A stretch of DNA of 61,525 nucleotides from Octopus bimaculoides (GCF_001194135.2 NC_068994.1:19025670-19087194); one strand, 5' to 3'; positions 27,201-39,952 are shown, numbered from the stretch's first letter. Numbers and translations are program-made. Notes: a model not told the origin generated them from the letters alone.

Positions 27201-27549
27201 GGATAAAAGGCAAAGTTTAAATTCCAGTGTTTGTTGTTCATCCATTGAAGGCCAATCAACTAACCCTCTCTCACTACATTTCAGACTTTATGCCAATAGT
27301 AGAAAAATTATTATTATTGTCATCGTTATCAGCCAGCTAAACAGATTTAACAAAATTATCTCCCTTTACTAGAGTTACATCCCTTTGACAATGTGTGATT
27401 CTTTAAATAATGTAATCTGCTTGAAAACAAATAGTAAAGTGGGACTAACAGATTAAGGTACAGAGGAAAACAAATTTACAATTAAACTCATTATAAAACG
27501 AATAATTAATTCTGGTCATGAAAAGCAAAGGAGATTATTTTTTTTCGTG

Positions 27550-28186
27550 TTACTCGTTCTTTTTTGCTAAGAAGGAATATATTCACAGACACGACAGAAC
27601 TGGGACCTATATACACTGGAAGCTATGCCAACACTATAGAATAACAACAGAAAAAAGATGGTATAAACACACGCCAGAAAAGGTCACAGAAAACGAGAAA
27701 GCAACCATATTCTGGGATATGCCAATACACACAGATAGAGAAATTAAGGCAAATAGACCAGATATAGTTGTCAAAGATCATGAAGAATAAAAATGCTTTC
27801 TAATTGATGTATCAATACCAGCAGATGACAACGTTTCTCTAAAAGAAATGGAAAAACTTTCAAAATACAAAGACCTGGAAATAGAGATAACTCGAATGTG
27901 GAATCTAAAANNNNNNNNNNNNNNNNNNNNNNNNNNNNNNNNNNNNNNNNNNNNNNNNNNNTAGGTATAATAAAAAAATATTCAGACAAATACATAACAA
28001 AAACACCAGGACTTACAAATATATATAACATACAGAAAATTGCACTACTGGGTACTGCACACATTCTACGCAAAACACTTTCAATACAGTAAACATAAGA
28101 GCACCACAGCAAACCACAGCACATACCCAAGGTGCACAGAGCTGCGCTCGGTAGTGAAGTGAAAGCACGTTATAAAAATAAAACTA

Positions 28187-28190
<4 letters not shown>
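27550..28190 (+). mobile_element. 3' fragment of an R4/Dong-type LINE with restriction-like endonuclease, followed by (AAT)n
   Basis: YIHRHD, FWDMPIHTDREIKANRPDIVV, LIDVSIPADDN, EKLSKYKDLEIE, IQKIALLGTAHILRKTL. Confidence 0.9.
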
Positions 28191-28246
<56 letters not shown>

Positions 28247-28283
28247 AATAATAGTAATGATAATAGTAATAACGATAATAATG

Positions 28284-29021
28284 ATGGTTTCAAATTTTCC
28301 CACAAGGGCAGCCATTTTGGGGGAGGGGATAAGTCAATTACATTGACCCCAGTGTTTCACTAGTACTTAATTTATCGACCCTGAAAGGAGGAAAGGCAAA
28401 GTTGACCTCAGCAGAATTTGAACTGATGGACGAACTGCAACCAAGCATTTTGACCAGTGTGTTAATAGTAATAATAAATGCCTGGATGCAATACCAGGCA
28501 GTGACTCTAATCTTAACTGATTGGAAGTGTTACCATGTACATGTTTTGTCTTGGTATAAAAGATGAGCTACGGCAAATATTCTGCTCAATACCACAGATT
28601 TGTTTGACCTTAACCATCTGAGCAGCTTTGATCATGAACAGGAGTAGTGGGATGGGATGGGGGAGCATCATAGCCATGTGTTGATAGGAAGTCTTTGAGG
28701 TTTGAATAATTCACCTCTGGAAACTAGGGTGTCTTGTCTATCATCCTTAAAGAACCTTTATTCAGGGACTTTTTGAGCTGGGTGGATTGCTCAACCTCAA
28801 GAAAATTCAAACTGGGCTCCACCTGTAAAGTCATGTGTTGTTTCTCTTGATATAAGGTCATCATGTCACATACATATTGTTGTTATGCATGAGCCTGGTG
28901 TACCCTTATCAGACGGATATTCATGACAGGTACATTGGGCTTTGTATATTTGAACCCCTGTGTCACTTAGCTGGCATGCACTGCTCTTTCACTCAATAAT
29001 AATAATAACAACAATAATAAT

Positions 29022-29052
<31 letters not shown>

Positions 29053-29567
29053 CAAAGACCTCAAAATTGAAGTATTCAAGATGTAGGGCATGAAGTTGAA
29101 AACAATATCAATAATAATTGGAGCATTGGGCATGATTAAAAAACATATGAACAAAAATGAAGAAACTATACCTAGAATCAAAAAAGTAGCTCAGCCAGGA
29201 ACAGCGCACATCCTACACAAGACACTATCAATTCAATAATACAACCCAAGGAAAACAATCCATAAATACAAGACACATTCTATATAGCAGTTATCCAAAA
29301 TAAACTACCACCAGCAGGCTATAAAACCCAACACATTACACACACAACACAATACAAACACTAATACAACAAAAGACTGCACCATACCACACTAAAAACA
29401 GAAATTGATGCAATACAATATAGGGAAAAGTTTGTACACTCCAAACAATAAGAAAAGAACACACAATGCTGTGTACAACCTAGCAACATGGAGGTGAACC
29501 AGTATGATGCAGTAGAAATTTGCCTGAAACTACCAAATGTTGAATAATAATAATAATAATAATAATG

Positions 29568-29601
<34 letters not shown>

Positions 29602-30046
29602 TTTCAAATTTTGACACAGGGCCAGCAATTCTAAGAGCAGTGGGTAAGTGAGATTACATCAACGTCAGTGCTCAGTTGAAATTTATTTTATCAACCCCGA
29701 AATGATGAAAAGTAGTCACTTCAGTGGAATTTGAACTCAGAATGTAAAGATGGAGAAATGCTGCTAAGCATTTTACTTGGTGTGCTAACAATTCTACCAG
29801 CTCACCACCTTAATAATCCTTCTATTATAAGCACAAGGCCTGAAATTTGTTGGGAGGAGACTAATCAATTACCTTGACCCCAGTGTTTCACTGGTACTTA
29901 ATTTATTAATTCCGAAAAGATGAAAGGAAAAGTCAACCTCAGCGGAATTTGAACTCATAACATAAAGATGGATGAAATGCCACTAAGCATTTTTCCCAGT
30001 ATGCTAATGATTCTGCCAGCTTGCTGCCTGAATAATGATAATAATG

Positions 30047-30094
<48 letters not shown>

Positions 30095-30165
30095 GTTTCT
30101 AATTTAGGTGCAAAGCCTGCAATTTTGAGGGGATGGGGTTAGTTGATTGTATTTACACCAGTAGT
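28284..30165 (-). repeat. Cluster of minus-strand family-B SINEs between (AAT)n tracts (interleaved with other repeats)
   Basis: Copies at ~28284-28460, 29600-29815, 29820-30030 and 30095-30165. Confidence 0.75.
29050..29545 (+). mobile_element. Second, more degraded R4/Dong-like 3' fragment between (AAT/AAC)n tracts
   Basis: 'KDLKIEV...IIIGALGMIKK...AQPGTAHILHKTLSIQ'. Confidence 0.7.
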
Positions 30166-30323
30166 AATAATAATGACATAGTGAAAACAGTAACAACATC
30201 TCTGAATACTCAATACGTTATATAAATAATTAGTACTGATATGTCAGGAACTCCCTGATATTCAGAGTATCACAACATAATATAACATGTTATGCATCAT
30301 ACATTACTTGAAACAAATGTTTA

Positions 30324-30961
30324 CTACACCAGAGTATCATGCTTGTTTTCTGTGTGGAATTTTGGGAGTGACAAGGGAAGACAATCGAGAAAAGAGTCCA
30401 ATTCGAAAGGGTCGTGGGTAGAGTGACTTGCTTTTAAATTGAGATCCATAACACAATGGGATGGACTGATAAATGGACTTTCAGTTTTGTAGTTACCAAT
30501 GCAGGGACAACTTGAACATAGTTTTGGATGATATGCAGTCTTCTCTGGGTAATTAATTATATTGTGTGGGGTAGAGCAGTTCATGTCAACATTTTGGTAA
30601 AACTGTTTGGTGACTATACAAGGAGAATTAATGAAAGATGAAAAGTAATTATTGGAATTAGTTTTTTCCTCTGAATGTTTGGATGTCGTACAGTGACAAT
30701 TAGAGATGAGCAAATCCTCAACAGGGTTCACTGAGCAATGGGAATATTCTGTGGTGGGTATGGGTGAGTGAGGTTCAGGATGTGTTTGTTCAGTGGATGA
30801 GTTAAACAGAGCGGAACAAACAAAATTCGCACAGTGCCAGATTTGTTTGACTAATGATGAAGTGGAATCCAGAAATGTTTTGCATTTAAATATTGAATTG
30901 TGATTTGAAGGTGTTAAAGCTTTCTTCAGTAGTTTATGTTGCACTCTGTGAAATTTCAGTG
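30324..30961 (-). CDS. alpha-catenin-like gene, apparent last coding exon (LKFHRVQHKLLKKAL...FLDSTSSLVKQIWHCANFV + low-complexity tail, TAG)
   Basis: Long pyrimidine tract then ttccAG, phase 1 as required, and 211 open codons in AT-rich DNA. The start fits the M3 end 'FIDASRLVYDGIRDI'. The 3' end (stop versus an internal donor) is uncertain. Confidence 0.75.
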
Positions 30962-31832
30962 CTGGAATACATAAAGAAAAAGAAAATAATTCTTACATTT
31001 GGAAGGTAATGAAGTGGAAAATATACAACGTTTCAACAAATTGCAGACATACATACATACATACAAGCATAATTGAAATTAAATCAGAAATTAAACAATG
31101 GACAAGAGAACAGGAATTACATAATCAACTTCACAACTGTTACTTCTTTAAGATACAATGTACTCAGAGCTGAGTGCTTGTACATCACCTTATTGTTTCC
31201 TTGGAGCTTTTAATGCACACACTTTTCTACAGGAAGATGAAGTTTTACAACAGTGTGTTGACAATATTATGGGTTTTAACAAAAATGACAGAACAGAATT
31301 GTTAATTTTAAGTGTACTCCATTCTTTTACATAATTGGAAGAAATATCTGACTTAAAGTAAACTAAAATACTTATAAATAAGAATATAAATAAAATGTTT
31401 GCCACACATATTTGAGTGTATCTGTCCTATGTACAACAGACCCCAATATCTGAGAAAAATTATGTTATTATGTACTTATATGTGTCCCTATTTCTATCAC
31501 ATTTCATTTTTTGATTATTTTTTTCAATAAGATTGGTTTTGTAAACAATAAAAATTAATTTAATTTAAAATAAATATATTTTATTTGATAATTAACATAA
31601 AGTTTAGAGTTCTACACTATAAGTATTAAGTGTGGATTTCCTTACATCAGTAGTTTCTGAAATCTCAGATCTCAAATACTCAAGGAATTTAAAGAGATCT
31701 AACAAATCTGTCAGAACAGAGGCAGCAGGGTCAACGTTTTGGATGGAGGAGAGAGAGGATTGGTGTTAGAAGTGCACATAAAATGGTTACTGGTACATAG
31801 TACAGAGACCATGTTACAACAAAGTTACTTAC

Positions 31833-32030
31833 ACTGATGAATCTGATCAATAAGGTGGATAACATGTAATGGATTTGGGAAGATGTTTCCACAAGATTTC
31901 AGATCAGACAGGAACTGAGCCACTCGGGAACACTTTGCACGAATAGAACGACTTGTTCTTAGTAGATACTGCAGATCACCTTTGTTAGCAGCATCAACAC
32001 ACACATTCATTTCATCCTCTAATCGTTTTA
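31833..32030 (-). CDS. alpha-catenin-like gene, exon 10 (KRLEDEMNVCVDAANKGDLQYLLRTSRSIRAKCSRVAQFL...IHQ)
   Basis: ttttcacAG acceptor, T|GTAAGT donor, 198 nt, phase 1-1. Close match to M3 'HILEDVNKCVIALQEKDVDGLDRTAGAIRGRAARVIHVV'. Confidence 0.9.
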
Positions 32031-32083
32031 CTGTGAAAATAAACAACAATAACACATGTATATACATATTATGTGTTCATGGG

Positions 32084-32116
<33 letters not shown>

Positions 32117-33349
32117 AGATGTCTAAGAAACTCTAAGTCAGTCATACCAATCAGTTTTGCTCTAGGGGCTCTGAAAAGGACAGGGTTATATAATCAGGCT
32201 GTTATATAACACCCCGTTAAACCCCTAGTGCAAAACCAATTGGTAAGATCAGCTGCAGTGGAGATATAACATTGTACACTTCAATAAATATATATATATA
32301 GATATATAGCAACATAATTGAGATTCAGATGAATTAGGTACTTAAGTTGAAGAACCAAAAATTAGTACGGTATTATCAGTACAACTTCAAAATAAGGTGA
32401 ATAAGTAAAATTATACAAATGTGTTGAACTGATTAAAAAAATTCTATTTATTTATTTATGCAGCTGAGGATAGCCCTGCATTTAAATTGATGTAATCATT
32501 GTATTGTTCAATTAAATAGAACCGCTTGAAATGGTCATACTGCATCACCTCTGGATATCCTATCGCTTATTTTAAGTATATATATATATATATCATCATC
32601 ATCATCATTTAACGTCTATCGATGATGATGATAATAAATATATATCAAACATAAATTAAAAACAGAACACAAAGGATATCACAGTACACGTGTTTCAAGC
32701 TTTATAAACAATCTGTTATTACATCAGCATAGGTATATTATTGATATAAAAGATGGTGTAAAGCTTTCCTCAGCCACAACCATTGTTAGTCCAAAGATTA
32801 CATCACACAAGAAAGAGTACATGTAATTATAATAGGTTTATCACATCTCTTTGAAAAGGTATATCTGCATAAAGGTTCATTGGATTTCAAAAATCTGCCC
32901 ATACTGTACTGCTATTCAGCATAGAGTGAATGTTAAATAGATTGGATTGAGTTTATATTTAACTAACGTGTATAAGATAGAAAGAAAAGAACAAAGGTAA
33001 AAAATAAAAAGTAAAAAATAAAAGTAATAGAAGTAAAAACAAGAGTAATACAAGCAAAAATAATAAAGTTAAATATACATATAAATAAGATTTAGCAATA
33101 TTGGAATAAAGTAACAAAATAAAAACATAAAATAAAAGATAAAGAGATAAAATAATATCAGCTGAGAACAGGATGTTGGCTTGGATGAGATGTTAGGGGT
33201 CATAAATAATTTCCTAGCTTGACCACTAGGGGTCATAAATAATTTCCTAGCTTGAATTAGAGATTAAGGTTGTAATATGATATCATTGTGATGAAAGGTC
33301 GGTTTACCCAACCCACCACTAAAAATTTCTAGCTTTATAAACTTATCTA

Positions 33350-34500
33350 TTAAATGGGTACATACACATACATAGAAGTCAACTAGCCCTGGCAGCAAAT
33401 AAACTTCGACTTGATCCATGCAAGACCAACTTTCTAAGTTATCTCCCTTCACACACTTCAAACTATCAAGTCATTCGATCGCAATTCAAGTGAAGAACAT
33501 TACCTACAAGACCTGGAAAAGACTAGATACCACTACCATCAACTGGCATTAGCTTACCCAGTACCAGCACAATACTTGCAAGCAAAGATGTCTTCTGGCA
33601 TCACATAATCTATAAGTTATCTCTCCAGCTGCCGATATTGAAGCAGAGCTTTCTGGTCCTTTGCCAAGGGAAGCTCTACAAACTTTTTAAAATCCTCCTA
33701 AACTGTCATTATTTCATTAATATAGTAAGTAGCAATCACACTGAAAGTGCTTCTGTATTTAATACCAATTTGCTTCCATCTCCACACTGCAAGCATTCAT
33801 CAAAAACCTTCAGAAACTCTTCTTTTTCACACTACAACCTCACCGTCTTATATACAAGTTTAACAATTGTGAACTCTAAATCAACCCATCCAACCCACCA
33901 CAGCAATTAGTCCTGATGGCATCTTTTCTATTCCAGAACTAGCTCTTATACTTACCAAATTCTTTAATCATTCTATCTACAGGAATTTGCTCTACAGAGT
34001 GTCCCATGGTCTCAGAAAAGTGCTTCCCCCTGACTCAACAAACTGCTTATTTATCCTTCTCATAGCTCAAAAGTCATAGAAACAATAAAAAACAATAACC
34101 TCCGCCATCACATCTCAACCACTAACCAATAAGTTTTCTATACAATCAGATCCTTTGTCACCCCACCATGGAGAATGTTGTCAAAAGCAATATTGTTGTT
34201 CTTCATATTAACAAAGCCTTTAACTGGCATGATAATCTTCTATACTAGTTGCTCACCTATTGGTCAATGTAAAGCTCTCATTTCTTGGATTAAAAGCTAC
34301 AACATTGAAAGGTCACACTACTGCAGTGTATGGCAACAGGCCTTTCTACTCATCCCTAATCCTTAGGCTATGGTTTATCCCCGAGATTCTGTAGTGCCCC
34401 TCATACCATCATAATCATTACTAACAACACACAAAAATGTAAAGATGGCCCTGCATTTCATCCATCTTAGCCTTCTGCACATGATCTACAACCTAAATAT
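33350..34500 (+). mobile_element. Highly degraded APE-type LINE (CR1/Jockey-like) RT relic
   Basis: 'NIVVLHINKAFNWHDNLL...KALISWIKSY' corresponds to RT 'LDISKAFDRVWHDGLL...LSWIKSFL'. Confidence 0.5.
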
Positions 34501-34883
34501 CTCACACACACACACACACACACACTCTCATCTGCGTCAGACACTAGATATTTTACAGAAATTTCAACTGGTTATCTTCCTTGCATGATGTTTTCTTTTT
34601 ATATTTTAAACATCAATAAAGGATGTTCTAAACCAATGTAGTAAACAAGTGAAAACCTTAGTGGCTGAAAGAATTAACAGCTTTGAACACACACACGCAC
34701 ACACACGCACATGCACACACACACACACACACACACACATCATTTTAATGCATTTTTCCATGCTTGCATGGAGCAGACATATTTCAAACTATACTTCTTT
34801 ATATAACAGTGTTTGCAAAATCTTTTAACAATTACTTTATTATGTTTCATTGAAAAAAAAAAAAAAAAATCTATTAAACTTAC

Positions 34884-35114
34884 AAGACATTGTGATGAAA
34901 ATGTCAGGATCCACCATTGTGTCTAGTAAAAATACAAGATGAGCCAACAACTTCTTCCATTCTTTTATAAGACTTTTTAGTCTTGTCGTCATGGATTCAG
35001 ACAAAGAATCAAATGGATTAACTGAAATTTTTTGAATATGTAGACTAACTAAAGAAGAGATTTCTGGATCAAGGCATTCCAAGTTTTTGATTGTCATTTC
35101 AAACTGCTGCACAA
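34884..35114 (-). CDS. alpha-catenin-like gene, exon 9 (VQQFEMTIKNLECLDPEI...LDTMVDPDIFITMS)
   Basis: ttctctAG acceptor, T|GTAAGT donor, 231 nt, phase 1-1. Fits 'SASQLEALCPQVI...QWEKQVRVLTDAVDDITSIDDFLAVS'. Confidence 0.88.
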
Positions 35115-35285
35115 CTAGAGAATAAATAAATATTGTTACGTTAATAACATTTTCTCATATTTTTTTACTTACAAAACACACAAAATCGCTCTCTCTCTCT
35201 CTATCTCTTTCTCTCTCTCAATACTGATGTAGTTACAAATCAAAAAAAATTTTTTAATGTAAATACTTCCTAATCACTTTAAACC

Positions 35286-35643
35286 CAGGGGTTCTCAACC
35301 ATTTTTTATTTATGGACCCCTTTGATTACTATTTTATTCTGATGCCTCCACCCCAGTCAGCCGATGCTTGAAAACTAGTTTTATAGAAACTTCCTTTAAA
35401 ATTCCTATTTTGTTTTTTCACACATTCACTTGTGTAGGTTGAACTATGTAAAATGTTAGAGAAAGAAACCTAGCTGTTTCTCGCAATACATACCAATACA
35501 AACATCTAAAACAAAATCTTTCCAGGGGCCCTCAAAATATTATTGTGGATCCTCAATTTAATACTCTGCTGTGTGACTCCCCCACTCCTCCAAATCTTAT
35601 ATGGATCCTCAGGGGCCATATGGACCCTGGTTGAGAACCCTTT
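35286..35643. mobile_element. hAT-like MITE
   Basis: Termini CAGGGGTTCTCAACC ... GGTTGAGAACCC; TSD not clear. Confidence 0.6.
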
Positions 35644-35892
35644 TGATACCAACCTTGGTTCAATGATACAAATTCCCTATTTTAAAGTGATGTATAGTAA
35701 AACCTTCCATCAAAATTTCATCTTCATTTATATTCCACTTTAACAAGCCTTTCTACTATAGGCACAAGGACTGAAAGTTTTCGGGGAGGAAACAAGTCAA
35801 TTACATCAGCTCCAGTGCTCAACTGGTACTTAATTTATCAACCCTGAAAGGATGAAAGGCAAAGTCGACCTCGGTGGGATAATAAGGACAAA

Positions 35893-36104
35893 GGGCGATC
35901 TTTCGTTTTGATTACATTTTACGTCATTTCTAATCCACGTGCATTTGTTTATGTTTCCGTAAAAGGGTTTTAGGGTTAGGGACGGAATTCCCTAACCCTA
36001 ACCCTAAAACCATTTTACGGAAAGCGACGATCTTGTTCAGAAACATAAACAAACGCACGTGGGTTAGAAATGGCGTAAAATGTAATCAAAACGAAAGATC
36101 GCCC
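35893..36104. mobile_element. Foldback MITE with ~65-bp TIRs and an inner (TTAGGG)n/(CCCTAA)n hairpin
   Basis: GGGCGATCTTTCGTTTTGATTACATTTTACG... is mirrored at the right end; inner cgtaaaagggttttagggttaggg / ccctaaccctaaccctaaaaccattttacg. Confidence 0.85.
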
Positions 36105-36310
36105 AAATATGGTAGTAGAAACACAATTCTTACATATAATCAGGTATACTTTTTTCTTGATGACTAAGTGAAGGGGCTTAAAAAACAGATATGCAAGTTG
36201 CTTATCCAACACAATATCTACGAAGTCATTTTGTCTTTACAACTCAAATTATAAATCATGAATTTTATATCTTATTTATAGTTATTGATAAAGACTTTTT
36301 ACTTAGTTGC

Positions 36311-36699
36311 AGAGAGATGTTAGCACTCCGTCGCTTACGACGTCGAGGGTTCCAGTTGATCCGATCAACGGAACAGCCTGCTCGTGAAATTAACGTGCAA
36401 GTGGCTGAGCACTCCACAGACATGTGCACCCTTAACATAGTTCTCAGGGATATTCAGTGTGACACAGTGTGACAAGGCTGACCCTTTGAATTACAGGCAC
36501 AACAGAAACAGGAAGTAAGAGTGAGAGAAAGTTGTGGTGAAAGAGTACAGCAGGGTTCGCCACCATCCTCTGCCGGAGCCTTGTGGAGCTTTAGGTGTTT
36601 TTGCTCAATAAACACTCACAACGCCCGGTCTGGAAATCGAAACCGCAATCCTATGACCGTGAGTCCGCTGCCCTAACCACTGGGTCATTGCACCTCCAC
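36311..36699 (-). mobile_element. tRNA-derived SINE (family D), near full length
   Basis: Head gtggaggtgcaatgacccagtggttagggcagcggactc...gtttcgatttcc. The tail is shared with copies at ~58370-58670 and ~19900-20130. Confidence 0.8.
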
Positions 36700-37451
36700 A
36701 CAGAAAGATATAATGAGCCAATTTGTTGGAGTATTAACTTTCTGGATCAGCAGACATGATGCTGTATTGAGAGTTTTTCCAGGGACACAACATAGTGTTG
36801 ATGATGAGATATAAATCACTGGTCCCAAATTCATTATAACAGTATTTTATGACTTAGCCATCTGTGACTCTCCACCTCCCCTCAAGAGACAAACATACTA
36901 ATGCAATAAGTTACAATCTCATAAGTAAGCAAAACAATTCATTATTATGGAAGCAGTGTTAGTTCAGAATAACATTCTGTATAACTTACTTCATGAGGAT
37001 ATACTGCAGAAAGCCACAAAACTGTGGCGTTTGTCTTGAGAAAACATCTCATATACACATAGAGCACTAAAATGCACAGAAGAATATCAGTAGATGACAA
37101 AAAGTACCCAGCAGCAGTGGTGGAATGGCTAAATCAAGATTTCTGCTTCCTTGTGCGTCATCAGTAGCAGGTATCCACAAGCAACTGCCCACTTAAACAA
37201 ATTTAGCCTCTACTGACTTAAGAAAACAGTGATTAACAATACTTGAGCTTCTAGGGTGTTGTCATACACTATTTAGTAACGTCTATCATTAACTGACTGT
37301 GATGTCCCAAAGAATCCATTCAGTGACTTTATACATACATAGACACATATGAAGGATGATGGTTAAAACAAGATACTTTCCTTCACAGCTTTGCTACCAA
37401 GCAGCTGGCCAGTCAAAATTTACATTAGATTAAAAACAGAAAGAGAAGAAT

Positions 37452-37493
<42 letters not shown>

Positions 37494-37659
37494 TAGATGA
37501 GGGAAGTGAGAAGCTGTAGAAACACATATATAAAAAAAAAAAAGGTTTGTTGATTGAGTTTGATAAGGATCTGTTCTATCATGATGCTCATGATATTTAT
37601 GTTCAGCACTGATTATTGTTGCCATTTTTCTAGAGCTCAAAGAATATTTAGTCACTTAC

Positions 37660-37774
37660 ACTTTGATCTTCTGGAGCCAGCGATGATAAAACGTGCAACT
37701 TCGTACATATTGTCTAAATGATTGTAAAAGTAATCTTGTAAGGATTTCAGTCTTTCTTGACAGCAATCACTCTG
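37660..37774 (-). CDS. alpha-catenin-like gene, exon 8 (QSDCCQERLKSLQDYFYNHLDNMYEVARFIIAGSRRSK); not in the ORF track
   Basis: ccAG acceptor (NAGNAG), T|GTAAGT donor, 115 nt, phase 0-1. Fits M2 'FREHANKLIEVANLACSIS'. Confidence 0.82.
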
Positions 37775-38430
37775 CTGGATAATATCAAAGAAAACATTTA
37801 TTCAACAAAAATCTTAATAACATGATACACACAGCTATAAATAAAAAGAAATGCATAAAAAGTCAATTCTTCTATTAAACCATATTTTTAATTATGTTAC
37901 ACCCAAAGTTCCTTCAGTGACTTGATGATAGCCCAGGATGAATTGTATACTTTTATAATTGACAGGATAGCATGTGGTCAAAGGCAAATATATCCAACCC
38001 CACAACCCCAATAATGCAAGACTCCTTTTTCTGTTCCTCAGTACTACCCACCTCACCTCAGTTGCAGGGTTTTGTCCTGCAGTTACTTGATGGCTTTGGT
38101 GCTGCTGGTGCCACATAAAAAGCACCCAGGACACTCAGCAAAACAGTTGGCATTATGAAGGGCATCCAGCTGTAGAAACTATGCCAAAGCAGGCAGCAGG
38201 AATTGATGCAGTATTCAGACTTGTCAGTTCCAGTGGAACCCAACCCATGCCAGCAAGGAAAACGGGTGTGAAATGATGATGATGATGATGACGATGATAA
38301 TGATGATGATGATGATGATGATGATGACATACACAACGATTTTTTCCCCAAATACTCAAAGCCTCACACTTACAAAAAGAGAAATAATTTGGTGAAATAT
38401 TTACGTTTTAGAAGAATATTGGCAGCATGG

Positions 38431-38462
<32 letters not shown>

Positions 38463-39952
38463 GGACGGAAGGATGGATGGGGACACACACACACACTAAA
38501 AAATAGTGTCTACAGAGGTGTACAGATTTTATATACTAATTAAAATAAGAAAGTAGTCAGGCGTTGGTGAAATACTATTTATTACTCAAACATATTGTTT
38601 TAGGACTTTCCTTCATCACGGAACTGTGTTCACGTTTACATATACATATACATACACATACGTGCACACACATATATGTACACATAAATACATATATATA
38701 TACACTCACATAAATATGTTTACACTCTTTTTATTTATTCATCACTCTAAGAAGAAATTGATATGGATCCATTTTGATCAGCTAAATTTGATTGGTTAAT
38801 GGAAATTTGAATAATAAATTATGCAAACCCTATAGCATTTCTAGAGAAGTGTAATCAGCATAATGGTTTCTTAAAATTGTTATGACCAAAAATATATGTG
38901 AGAATAATAAATGTTTATGCTTACATGCTTGCAAGTGTAGGTAAAGTTTAATCATATATATATATATATATATATATATAAACACACACACATATACACA
39001 AACATGCATATACATATATGTACACACATACACATATGCACATAGCTGTCTATGCAAGCACAAGTTCATGTATACATATATATATCCATATACATATGTA
39101 TACATACATATACACATATACACACAAACACACGTACATGCATACATACACATACACACAAGTAAGTACCTATATCTTTACAAGCACACACATGTACACA
39201 TACAGAGACTTGTACATGCATACACGCATATATATATATATATATAAAAACAAATAATAAATGAGTATATGCGTATATACATACAGGTATGTGCATACCT
39301 ACATCTACCTGTATATATAGGTGCATATCTGGGTACAGGACATTGCAAACAAAACGTAGACAAGAAAATAATAATAACCAGAGTACAGAAAACACACAAG
39401 CCACATAGAGAACATTTTCCTTCATCAACTACCCCCGTTTTAACACCGGCGTTTCGAAGTGTTGGGCAGGACGCATCATTAAAACGGCTCTTCCCATGGA
39501 CCGCAAATTAAATTTGTATACACAAATTAAACCTGTGCCATTGAGGAATGTGTAAGTTTTCAACCAGTATAAATATATGTATATTATAAATCTTTGTAGA
39601 TTTGGTCAGCAAAGGAAAACAAATAAAAGTAATCAATGGTCCATTAGAAACATGTAACCAATGATGCTATTGTTCACAAATTTTGATATAAAATGAATAA
39701 ATAGATATCCAAAGTTTTATTACACTTTATCACAACCTTGAGCAAATTTAATGTCTGACAAAACATTTGTTAATGTAAAATAGCTCTGTAATACCAAACA
39801 TTTCTATTTTTTAATTTCTTGACCTTTCTTCACCATCTTGTTGAAATCTATGGCTCTAGCCATTGAAAGTTATTTGCCAAATTTCACTGGTTTCAAATAC
39901 TTTTTAATCTTTATAAACAAAAATAAAAATGGTTAAAAAGTAACACACTTAC

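Noticed and set aside
31190-31405. 71-aa ORF in the catenin-like intron as an alternative exon
   Set aside because: No catenin similarity, no good donor, and exon 10 already splices in phase to 30961. An alternative terminal exon cannot be fully excluded.
36620-36699. tRNA-like sequence with A and B boxes (also 26010-26090, 56100-56160)
   Set aside because: These are SINE heads or their relics; no complete cloverleaf.
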